The notes below the pieces were generated by a model. The model did no database searches. It saw only the letters and a program-made list of their open reading frames with translations, and was not told the origin of the DNA. Positions 53,027 to 64,000 of a DNA stretch of 64,000 nt are shown in pieces. Position numbers and translations under genes: made by a program. Position 1 is the first letter of the stretch. Every line of letters starts with the position of its first letter. Origin of the DNA: Pelomyxa schiedti (taxonomy: Eukaryota > Protista > Evosea); assembly GCA_020536535.1 (NCBI GenBank), contig JAHLWZ010000615.1:1-64000 (forward strand), given 5' to 3'.

Positions 53027-54704
53027 ATGCTGCGGAGGAAGACAATATCGTGGGGGATTGTTATACTTTGCTTTGTGTTTGGGGTACTAATGCAAAGCAC
53101 ATATGGCAGGGTCGTTACGAGTTTCATGAAGTCTGCACCGCCATCGAGTACCCGGGCTAAATTTGGCCAAGCCCTTGACCCTAATTCTGGAGACGTGCCT
53201 CAAGTTGTGGTGGCATGTTTGAAAGCACTTGTCAAATGTTTGCATTCCATTCACCTGTACTGAAAAACATCTGACTGGATTGTGCCAGTTATAAGAGAGC
53301 CTGGAATTTTTAGGATATCTGGTTCTGCTGTGCTTATTAATAGTATGACAGAGAAATGGAATAAAGGTTTCCATCTCCACTTGAAAATCCAACATAACCA
53401 AAAAAAAAAAAAAGGACAAGAACCAGATTTGGATTCCATTATAGTACCACATACGATTACTGGACTTTTGAAAGCCTATTTGAGGTACACAGGCCCAAGT
53501 CAAATAGAAAATTCATTTTATCAAAGTCCTTAGGTCTTTGCCTCAACCCCTATTGACATTTGAGCTGTACGATAAATTTATTGAAGTTGCTGACGGTATC
53601 TATGTGGTGGTGAGCCCATTGACTGATCTTCTTCTAGATACAGGCACGCCTATTCCCACAAGACTTCAGAGAATCCGAGAAATTGTGCACCAGTTACCAC
53701 CAACATATTTCTATACAACGAAGTATCTGCTTGGATTCATGAAGGATGTGACAGGACATTCTGATGAAAATCAAATGACATCTGCCAATATGTGTGTTTT
53801 CCCTTAACTTCAACACACCTGTAATTAACGTAGAGCTACGTGCATTGCTTCCAATATTCTGAGACCAAAAAGTGAAAAAATTGAATTCGTGGTGACTCAC
53901 ACGCCACTTGTAAATTGGGTGGTTGAAATGATGATTTCTTCCTATGATAACATATTTGAAGTACTGCAAACCACCTTTAAAGTTTTTTCCTAAGTGAATT
54001 TGGTAGGGGCAGTATCCTACTCCAGCAACCAGCTCTAACACCTCTGCTCCAATAGGCACTCCCCCAGATGCCTCAGAACAGGTTACATTTTTTATTCGCA
54101 CATAGAAACCTTACACTTTATCTAGGCGGAGGAAGATTCGGCATGGGAGTTGCGTGAGTCTGCTTATACCACATTTTCTGATTTGCAGTCTGTAATTGCC
54201 CTTATTCAACCAAGGCTGCAAAATCAGTACTCAGAAGAACAAATCGCCTATGCAATGAAGGTTGTTGCCGAACTCTGTAAGGTAAGTCCTCCATAGCCGC
54301 CTGACCATAAACTTATTCCCACGCGGCAGTGCCAAACTGTACCTTTGGATCAGCCTGCGATTGCGCTACCCAACCAACCCACTCTGCCCTTTTCAGCTGC
54401 ATTTTATCTCCCCGACGAAACTGTGTAATTGCCTTAAACCATTTATGAAATCATCGTAAGTGAGTCACTAACCACACCCAAACCCAAAAACAGTAAACCT
54501 ATGGAATCACTGCTTGGCTACGTACTCTCATACGCCGATAGCATAACAACCTCAATATCACTACTCCTCACACCAGATGAGATCTCCCCGTACCTCAACC
54601 GCCTCGTCTGGATTCACACCGTAACTTTCTTTTTTTCTTTATGCTATCTAACAAAGCGAACAAACCAAAAGGCACTGCGTTCGTTAGAGAGTGCTTTGCG
54701 ATGA
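53027..54704 (+). CDS. RhoGAP domain protein
   Basis: KFGQAL, VPQVVVAC, EPGIFRISG, LLKAYLRSLPQPLLTFELY, NQMTSAN. Confidence 0.9.
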
Positions 54705-54809
54705 CAGTACTCCCCTGCCTCAATTGAGGTGTCTAGATCTGTATTTTTGTGATAAACAATAAGAATTCGGTGATGAACAGAACAGAAAAGAAAAAAATCG
54801 CTTCGGTAG

Positions 54810-57335
54810 ATGGACACAGAGGCCCGAGCACTGTTGCGGGAGATCTTGGAACGAGAACCGGATATCAAAGAAACTACGACCAGCAGATCAGATTGCACTA
54901 CTGGTTCTTGTGCTGTTGGTGCCGTAGTGACCGAACCACCACGAACTGAATCCATTGTGTCAAGCGCCGAAGTTTGTCTAGAAGCGACTCCAGAGAAAAG
55001 CGTGACAGGGGAGAAAAAGTTGAACAGAAAGCAGTTGAGACTACTCCGAAGGAAAGAGCGCGCCGAGAAGGAGAAACGTGATGATCCGTTGCGAGAGCCG
55101 TCACCAGAACCAGGAGATGCACAAAATACAACTTCCTGGGCACAGACTGCCAAGGCTACCACTCCCACGTGCCCCCCAACTGCAATGAATACAAATGAAA
55201 GCACCTGTGTGCCGCAGAGCGGAGCCAAAAGTAACAACGGACCACAGCAACGGCGCCAACAAAAAAATACGGGTAATAAGAGAGGAGGACGGGGGAAACC
55301 TACAACTCCAAGGGGAACCACTGGTGGTAAAACATGTGCAGAACAGGCTAACAACCCAAAAGGGAAGTCAAATAAAGCACAGAAAGGACGTAAATCCAAA
55401 GGTAAACTGAAAGCCCCTGTGGGAGAACCTACAGCAGGACAGAAGCGGGCCGGAACCCCTCAGCACCGCTCTGAAGACGGACCTACTTCCCCAAATTCAA
55501 AGAAACCTAGGAACCAACCTGAGCAAGAGTCGCCACGGTTAACTTCATCAGATTTTTCAAGGTGGTTGGAAATAGCACCCATCCCAGTACAAAATCTGAA
55601 GACATCCGATTTGGTCGATTTTCTTATCAGTGCCGTTGTTCCAAATATTTTTCAAAGACTACCTTCTCGGCGTTCCAAGATACCCGTTCCAACACTCCCT
55701 GAAGCCTCCAAGGTTATTTTACTTGCACTTGGGAGTATATCGGTTCAAACATTTTACGAATACCGTGCAGTACTCGGTACAATTGACCCTCCCGATTCCA
55801 TTATCAGTGTCAATGCACCGGGTTCAGCATCTAGGTTCTTACCTATGCTGGATTTTGTTGTAATGCCTCCTTGCTTGGAAAAGGTCAAAATCAGAGAAGT
55901 ATTATCAGACCAACTCAAAAATGCAGCTAGTACTGGCCAAGTAATCCCACCATGGCCAAGTGTGACCCTTGAAGATTTCTTAGTGTCACCCGCTTCCATG
56001 GTCCAGCACAATTTTAATTTTCCCGCTGAGTATATACCTACTCAGCCTCTCCCTCCTGGCCTTAAAGTCCCACAAGACCAGTTGATGGTGGCACTGGACT
56101 GTGAAATGTGCTGCACGGCGGACGGTTTGCAACTTGCAAGAGTAAGCATTGTTGATGAACAGTGCAAAGTCCTATTGGATACCTTGGTCAAACCAGTAAA
56201 GCCTGTCACTGACTACATTACCAATATCACTGGCATAACAGCTGAACAGCTTGATGCGGCTCCATTTTCTTTTGAAGAAGCCCAACAAAAAGTACTATCC
56301 ATTGTCCATGCTGAAACAATTCTGGTTGGACATGGTCTTGACAATGACCTCACTACCCTGAAAATAGCGCATCGTCGGGTTATTGATACCTCCCTGCTTT
56401 ACAAATTCCTCAAGGACAACAGACGGGCCAAATTACAAGATTTGGCAAAGCAGTACATACACGAAATTGTACACACAGTGGGAACATCACATGACAGCAT
56501 ACAGGACGCCTCACTTGCAATGAGATTAGTACAAGAAAGAATAAAGACAACACCCCACAAAGAACCAGGAAGGTCAAACACTATTTTCGAGCTTCTAGAA
56601 TTAGCTTCAGTTGGAGGTCTTTATGTTGATACCCCAGATTACTGCCTCCGGTGGTTTGATTCTTTACCACTACAGCACGTACACTACACCCGAAGTATGA
56701 CTGATGAACAGACAGTTTCTGAGGTACTACAGTCCTTGGATGACAACAAGCTGCGGTTTATTATGGCACACCTCCATAATCACACCATTTCCGAAGCTGG
56801 ATCAGAAGCTGATCAGAGACTAGCACTTGCAAGCTACAATACCGCAATTACAGCAATAAAAGAGAGGATGCCCCCCAATACCATTCTGGTGGTGATGTCT
56901 ACGCCAGTGAAGTGCCACGAGTTCCAAGTTATGTGCAATAAGAAGTCACACTGCAAGCGCAACAACTTGAATACATGGACAGAGGAAGATGAACGTGATT
57001 TTAAACTCCGGATTACTGAAATGAGGAACACATTTGCCCGCATATACTATAATCCTCCCACGGTCCCAATTCCTCAACCAACAACCAACGGTGCAGTATC
57101 TTCTGCGGCCGCGGTTGTAGGAGCATTACCTATTCCTACACCTGTGGAAGCAGTAATGCCAGATGCGGCCTCAAAGCCAACCGTTCCAGAGGATAAGCCA
57201 ACTGCCTTAGAGGAGAAAACAAATGCTGTAATGGACACAGATCAAAAACCAGTAACAGATATTGACATGTGCCAGCCTCCAACCACCGCTCCTAGCCCCC
57301 AAGCCTCCCCCAATATTAACAATAACAAGAGTTGA
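54810..57335 (+). CDS. Rex1/REXO-like DEDDh RNA exonuclease; single 841-aa ORF
   Basis: ALDCEM, LARVSIVD, VTDYITNITGIT, ILVGHGLDNDL, VIDTSLLY, HDSIQDA. Confidence 0.92.
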   Translation: MDTEARALLREILEREPDIKETTTSRSDCTTGSCAVGAVVTEPPRTESIVSSAEVCLEATPEKSVTGEKKLNRKQLRLLRRKERAEKEKRDDPLREPSPEPGDAQNTTSWAQTAKATTPTCPPTAMNTNESTCVPQSGAKSNNGPQQRRQQKNTGNKRGGRGKPTTPRGTTGGKTCAEQANNPKGKSNKAQKGRKSKGKLKAPVGEPTAGQKRAGTPQHRSEDGPTSPNSKKPRNQPEQESPRLTSSDFSRWLEIAPIPVQNLKTSDLVDFLISAVVPNIFQRLPSRRSKIPVPTLPEASKVILLALGSISVQTFYEYRAVLGTIDPPDSIISVNAPGSASRFLPMLDFVVMPPCLEKVKIREVLSDQLKNAASTGQVIPPWPSVTLEDFLVSPASMVQHNFNFPAEYIPTQPLPPGLKVPQDQLMVALDCEMCCTADGLQLARVSIVDEQCKVLLDTLVKPVKPVTDYITNITGITAEQLDAAPFSFEEAQQKVLSIVHAETILVGHGLDNDLTTLKIAHRRVIDTSLLYKFLKDNRRAKLQDLAKQYIHEIVHTVGTSHDSIQDASLAMRLVQERIKTTPHKEPGRSNTIFELLELASVGGLYVDTPDYCLRWFDSLPLQHVHYTRSMTDEQTVSEVLQSLDDNKLRFIMAHLHNHTISEAGSEADQRLALASYNTAITAIKERMPPNTILVVMSTPVKCHEFQVMCNKKSHCKRNNLNTWTEEDERDFKLRITEMRNTFARIYYNPPTVPIPQPTTNGAVSSAAAVVGALPIPTPVEAVMPDAASKPTVPEDKPTALEEKTNAVMDTDQKPVTDIDMCQPPTTAPSPQASPNINNNKS

Positions 57336-57389
57336 AAGAAAGTATTTCTGTGAGTGCAAAAAGCTGATTTTTAATGTTTACTTTATCTT

Positions 57390-59891
57390 TTACATCCTAT
57401 AAACACCCACAGGTTGCCCTCTTGACATGGATTTTTTCCCTCCCAAGCATGCACACAATGCTAGCCCCAGTACATTCCTTGTTTCTACTGGTGTTATGAT
57501 GCCGTCATCCCACACATGGGAAGTAGAGTACAATGCACTTGCCTCGTGCTTGTATCTTTTGTTATGTGGTGTTATGAGATTTTTGTTAGATTAGCCAGGC
57601 ATACTTTTGTAGGATTGGTTTTTTGAACTCCTCTTCCTCCTCTTTTGTCCATGACTTTCCGGCTTTTGTAAGTGCCTCACGTTTCACTGTGGCCAGCACC
57701 GACGCCGCTTGGTCACCTCCCATAACGGAAATTTGTGCGTTTGGCCACATGAAGAGGAAGTTGGGGTTGTATCTGATGGCATTAGGTCGGAACAGTACAG
57801 GAGAGGAAACATACGCCCTGCCACACATTGCATAATTGCCGGCCCCAAAGCTACCACCACATACTACTGTAATTTTAGGTACTGTGGCACAAGAGACGGC
57901 ACTGACTAGCTTGGCGCCGTCCTTGGCTATACCGGAAGCCTCATATCTTAAAAAAGTTGTCACAGTATTCATAAAGAAAGATACTACACACTTTTTCCCT
58001 ACCATGAACCCAGTGATATTCTGAAGAAAAATGAGTGGGATTCTTCTTTGCTCACATAATTGGATGAAGTGCGCCCCCTTTAGAGCACTATCACTGTAAA
58101 GTATTCCATTGTTAGCTATTATGCCAACCAGGTGACCATGAATATGTGCAAAGCCTGTGACAAGTGTTTTCCCATATCTAAAAGGCATTTGGGTACTGGA
58201 ACTGAAAATTGAGGTAAGAGTACTGTGCTTTGAACTCCGTAAAACGGGAGCCATCAACAATTCGTGCAATCACGTGAGATATTTCAAAGTGCTTGTGGGT
58301 GTCCGCTGGGATCACTCCTGCATTTAAGCGGTGTAACTACAGAAATATACTTGTTGGCTGTAACCATTCAATTCTTCTGAGTCGTAAAGCGGGTCATCTA
58401 CTGGGCTGCCATGTGTGCACTTTGATGATATATTAAGGTGTGACACAACAGAACGAGCAGCTTTAAGAGCTTCGGCATCACTGGCCGCAAAGTGGTCCGT
58501 GACGCCAGATGTACTGCAATGCAGTGAAGCACCTCCAAGTTCTTCAGATGTCACTTTCTCGCCTGTTGCTGCCTCACAAATGTGTGTTAGGTAAGGTATT
58601 TTTTGAAATTGTTAAATACCAGAACTAAAGGAGGACCACCCAAAAATATTGAACCAGTTCCATTGACGATTATAGCTTCATCAGCCATGGCAGGAACGTA
58701 AGCTCCACCAGCAGTGCATGAACCCATAACAATTGCTATCTAAATTGGATAAGGAGTGTATTTTTATTTAGCATCTCACTTGAGGTATCCCTCTTGAAGA
58801 CATTTGCGCCTGATTGTAAAATATTCTACCAAAGTGGTCTCTATCAGGGAATACCTTCGCAAAACGACTTAGAAATGAATATATTTGTGCTCTAGGAAAC
58901 AAAATGGCGCACTTCAGCTTGCTTTGGAAGGTATGCACCTCCAGAGTCAACCATGTATATACATGGTAAATGGTTCTGCATTGCGATTTCCTACCAACCC
59001 AGAGTTATTAAAGATACAAATTGATGCATTTTGAACGAAAAAGGTTTAATAGTAAGGGATTATCACCTGGGCCCTCAAGTGTTTCTTGATAGTTACAGGA
59101 AAGTAAGTACCACCCTTCACAGTAGCGTCGTTGGCCACGACCATGCACCTTGTACCACTCACCATTCCCACACCAGTCACAATCCCTCCAGAAGGAACCA
59201 CATTATCTTCCTCCTTTCCATTTCCATTCCCATTTCCATTTCCACCTAGACCCTTACTTTGTTTTCCATGACCATTCCCACTTCCATTCCCATTCCCATT
59301 CCCACCACTGCCACTTGTTTTTCCCCTTCCACTTGCACTTTCATTCTGCGGTGCCTTTTCCTTCCCCCCACCGACTCCCTCCGCATCAGTAGTAGTACCA
59401 GAGGGGCCGCCATAGTCACCGCCGCCGCAGCCGTCGTCCGCTGCCCCCTCGCTCGTGGGGCACCCAGCTAGCATGGACAGCTCCAGGAAGGGCGACCCGC
59501 GGTCCAGCAGGCTCCGTACCCGCTCCCTCACCATCATCTTGCCCCGCGCCTCGTGCCTGCGCCTCTCCGCCTCGCCCCCGCCCCCCCGCGCCCGCCTCGC
59601 CTCGCGCCCGACCGCCTCGCACTCGCGGCGCATCCTGGCCGCGTTGGCCGCGTACTCCCGCGACTTCCTCAGGGCCTCCCCCGACGCCACCCTCATCACG
59701 TCCCCTCCTTCCGCAGTGGCGCTTGCAGCTGCGGTAGTGGTGGCCCTGCGGATTCCCCCGTGGTTGGTGCCCTTGGTGCTTGCAGTCGATGTTGGCCTCC
59801 CCCTGAGACTTGTACTTGTCACAGCAGCATGGGTACAAACCCATTTGGACAGGCACGAAACAACTGAATTCTGTGTCACCACCCCCAGCAT
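57390..59891 (-). CDS. MCCC2: Methylcrotonoyl-CoA carboxylase beta subunit
   Basis: [81 protein letters not shown]. Confidence 0.95.
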
Positions 59892-59977
59892 TTTTTTTGT
59901 TCTTTTCTGCGGGTTACAGATAAAATGAAAGATAGAAAAACAAAAACTTTTATGGGAATAAAACAATGAGACTATCA

Positions 59978-62900
59978 CTACAAAAAAGAAATGAGCTTAG
60001 CTTCACTCGTCTCCAAATTCGTCCTCCCCAGAAACATAGTACTGTTTCATTCCTTGTAGAAGTTGCTCCAGTAGGGACTTGGTGTTTTTACATATTATCT
60101 TGCGCCATGATGTTTCAGCCTTTGGTTTGTTTCGTTGTGAGAATGAAGCTCAAAAGATTGGATGCCGCTCACCCGTAATTTTAGCAATAATGTATCTGGA
60201 GAAGACGCATCCAGAATTACGTTCTCTATTCCTGCGAAGCTCAACTCAGTCTTTATCTGCTGCTCCGCAACATTCATTAGTGAATCCACTGTTATCTATT
60301 TTGATCAGGAATGTTGGAAAAGAGTGTTTGCTAGACAAGTACTTTGAAAGTTCGGTCCTGATGCTTGCCAGCTTTGTTTACTTTTACAACATCATACTCC
60401 TGAGGTTGAGGAAGCTGGTGCGGGTGCTGCTCGAACCACTTCATGCTGCACACGAAAATGTCCTGGAGTATTGCATCTCTCTCCTGAACACTACTGCACA
60501 CATACCGGCGCTGTACCAAGTCAAGATCTCTGTCAAGGAGCTTGCTTGTAACACTGAATCGACGGCCGGTGGGCTTCGGAGGTTCATTATTGGAGGAAGG
60601 AGTTGTGCTGGTGGCTGGGGATGCAGTAGGAGGGGTTATTGGTGGAGGAGTTGTGGGAGGCTGTGGAGTTTCTGTGACGAATTTCATTAGCAAGGTAGTT
60701 GAATTTTGCTCAGCAATGATTTCCGAAATTTGGGATAGTAATTTCTCGTCTCTGATGGTCTTTGTCTTGGGTTCTATGTTGAGGAAGGATGTTGGGGTAA
60801 ATTTAATTATCCTGAAATTGAATTAGAGTTTCAGTGAGCCTCAACGTGTTTTACCTCTCCTGCCGTCTTCCTTTGGAGTTAACCTTGGAAGAATATTAGT
60901 TAGGACTGCAGAAGCCGGTAAAATAAACCTTTATAACCAAATAGCTCTTTGTGATATAGTCCTTTGATGAATCGGGAAGCATTATATTCTCCAATTTAAT
61001 AATTGAAGTGAGTTCTTTCCAGTTGAAGAGCTCTTGCACTTTTGACCAGGTCTTGCGACTGGTGAACGTTTTGCTTAGGAAGAAAAGAGAACGAGTGAAT
61101 TGACTTGGATGGATAATATAAATCTTGTCAATGTTCTTTTTGTAGCTAGAAAGTAAAAGTTAAATTCTAGGCATCAAATTAAAAGAAATACTTTCTGGAA
61201 AACAGATGCCACATAGCTTTTATCTGCTGGAAGAGGAGTTTCTTTACCCGCAGGGAGATACTTGCCCAGGACATATCGACAATAATAGAATATTTTCCCT
61301 CATTGACTGCAGTATCCATCACCTTAAATACGTGCTGGAGGAGAGGGTTGATATTTTCCAGAAACTCTTCACGCACTCTGTCAATGACCTTAAGCTGTTG
61401 TACATGGGGAGGAAGGAATACCGATTAAAGATTATATAGAAAACGGCTGTTCCTTTTAGAGTGTGAGGTCCTTGATACAAAAATCTGGCTCTCTCTAGTA
61501 CTCCCACATCTACATCGGAGGAATTACCAGAAAGATGTAGTTCTCTTTCAACAGTTTCATCTGCGAAAGGTAAGTTAAAACGTAATGGCACAGGGGCGTG
61601 CCTTTCGGCAACTGAGTTGCAGTTGTTTTTGGAGTTGGACCCAAATCCTCTAACAGGGCAAGGAACTGTTTTCTCTGCCGTGTTTGTGATGGAATCCACC
61701 CACGAGAAGATGAGAGCATAGCGGGAGTGATGGGGGTATTAGCTGGAGGAGCAGCAATAGTGCTGAAATGATCAATGAGCTTTCGTGAGCATGAATCAAG
61801 GATACGATGAAGGTCAAACAGATCCTGAATGGTACCATTTAACTTTTTACATGGAGCAAAAAGGAAAGTCACTGTGTAGGAGATCAAGGAAGAAAGCCTG
61901 AAGTTGAATTCGCGTACAGTTTCAGTGTCAAGGTCAGCCCACTGCCGGGCGCCTGGAGAGTAGTGGGTGTGAACAGAATTGTGGGAGCTGGGTTGATACT
62001 TGGATTTAATTTTACAAGAGGATCTGTGCAGACAGTTGTGAGATATTCCTTCATCCGTGGAGCTGTTTTACTAATAAAATCGCTCATAGGAGCCATGTAT
62101 TCCTCTTTGTTTGAAACAACTCCTCCATTTGAGATACACTAAACATGTTAAGAGATCTATGCACACTAATATGGTTACCTGCAAGACTTTGGCAAGTAGC
62201 ACGAGGTTCCTTCTGGATTTGGGTGTGAGGACTGTATCAGGGGGCATTACTCCAAGAACTTCAGGTGAAACAATGGCTGGAGAGAAGATCCTTTCGTTAT
62301 GGTGTTGATAATCATAAACAGTTGAGAGCTTGAAACCTGAGCATTACAAATCCACCAACAAGTGGAACCCAGTCAGATGGAAGTCTCCCCTGTGCAATAT
62401 CAGCAATATAACCCGCAATGGCTCTTTTTTTTGTTAAAAAACAAAGTAAAAGATGAACAAGGAACCTCAAGGGCCGTGGCATCTGACATATCATATCTTT
62501 GTCAGTGATTCGATAAAGAAAAGTCATTGTCAAAGTTTCAAGCATTTGCCGATGTCTATTTGTGTGAGAAGAAAAAAACATAGACCAGAAGCCTACCTTA
62601 TAATTGCTTCATCTATGGTTGCATCATCCCAAAGCTGTGATTCGCCTACATCTGGGTTCTGAAGAAGTTTTCTAATTATGTTAGTTGAGAACTGCCTTCT
62701 ATCTTTAGGCAGACCTTTTATCAATCTCTAGGTTCAGTGTACTCTCATTGACAATGCTGGAAACAAGTTCACCAAGGACCAGCTTAATGTACTCCCGCCC
62801 AATTATTTCTGCATGTTGCTGAGAATTTTATAGCTCAATATTCAGCTACACACTGACGTAGGCAGCCTCTACTTTAGTGCTAACAGAATTTCCTCTTAGA

Positions 62901-64000
62901 GCACTCCCTTCAGAAGTTTTGGTTACAGCATCAAGCTCAGATAATACTAGTGCACGAACAAAAGGCAGCACTTTCTTTGCTTGATTGAGAATTTTCACCA
63001 TTATTCGAGAGAAACAGTCGAGGTCACATTGTTCAACAAATTCAGCAAAGGTGCGAGAGAATCTAATATCTAATAAGAATAGTTTGGTTGAGTACTAATA
63101 CGTTATATCTGAGATCAACAGGGAAATGAGTTGCTTGTATATTTCAGTTGCCTTAAGCCAACTGTTTTGCTTCCAGACATATTGTTTTACACTAGTTTTA
63201 CTTGTAGTAGGTTTAGCTGCTGAGCTTGACGTGGTTGTTGACGACTGTGGGATAGTAGGGGATGAAGATGGGGATGCAGGTGAAGATGCTGGTGGGGGAG
63301 ATGTGGATGGGGGTGCTGGGGTTGGTGTTAGTACCGGTGACGATAAAGGCGGTGATGATGAAGGTGCCGTGCATTGAAGTGTTACTGGAGGAGGAGGAGG
63401 GGTTGATGGAGGGGTTGCTTGATTGTCTGTCTCAGAAACAAAATGTTAGTAGGGTAAAAGGGATTAGATAGGTATTACTCACTCTGCTGAGTTTCGGTGC
63501 CTGTTGTGCTTGTGTGTGTCTCAGTTGAAGTGCTTGAAGGTGTACTTGCCGTTAAGGTGGAAGCTGTGTATAGGAGAGATGAGGAAGAGGTGAGATTGTC
63601 ACGGGAAGCTGTTCTCGTTGCCAGAAAAGGTGAGTGGAGGGAAGTGCCCGAACCAGTGCGATTTATACGACCAACCACTGTTGGGGACTGTGCTGTGGTG
63701 CTGTTATTTGTTGTTGGTGTTGCTGTTCTGGCAGGGTGAGCAGGGGAAAATCGGGTGTTTGAGGGTGTTGTATCGTTGGGTAATGTAGGAGAGCTAGAGG
63801 GAGCAGGTAATTCCGTAGGTTTTTGTTGTTCCACAAGGGAGCTTGAAGCCGAAGCCTCTCTACTCTCTGTGGAAAGAGTAGAGGGGACTGCTGATTCCAG
63901 TATGGAATTGGATTGGGCAGGAGGTGTAGAGAGTGATAAGGAATCAGGAGATGGTGAATGTGAGCATGCAACATTGGCATTAGCCTCAGAATTTGAGCTC
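59978..64000 (-). CDS. Neurofibromin-like RasGAP + Sec14/CRAL-TRIO + PH-like repeats; 5' end outside the window
   Basis: ALRGNSVSTK (Arg finger), VGGFVMLRF..PAIVSP, EEYMAPMSDFI, YKKNIDKIYIIHP, two K-V-N-x-x-G-x-x-Q-x-R repeats. Confidence 0.85.

Overview
A gene-dense, intron-rich eukaryotic window: about 23 protein-coding genes, most introns about 35-60 nt, and intergenic gaps often under 300 bp. IFT172 (flagellum), low-complexity T/P/Q/S-rich proteins, poly-A/T tracts and short introns suggest a flagellated amoeboid protist, possibly an archamoeba such as Pelomyxa; this is inference only. Recognisable genes: IFT172, ATP9/Neo1 flippase, an RNF166-like RING ligase, two RhoGAPs, a DUF4139-like protein, a CAP-domain protein, a CCHC-knuckle/RS protein, a metallophosphoesterase, an AlkD-domain protein, IRE1, an SLC35F6-like transporter, UTP11, an MFS transporter, STK19, a C45 peptidase, a Rex1-like exonuclease, MCCC2 and a neurofibromin-like RasGAP. 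Bases 1-572 are a diverged copy of 46034-46603, and 673-749 copies a piece of IFT172; both flank a 100-N gap and may be haplotype or assembly effects. I found no transposase, CRISPR array, rRNA or tRNA. Best leads: (1) an unexplained ~410-nt highly structured intergenic element at 43261-43668 (candidate ncRNA, with some U1-like motifs); (2) an AlkD glycosylase domain with intact catalytic motifs inside a transcription-factor-like protein; (3) a CAP plus tandem alpha-crystallin-like architecture; (4) very relaxed splice signals (weak GC-AG donors, a GAG acceptor). Exon boundaries were read by eye and are approximate.
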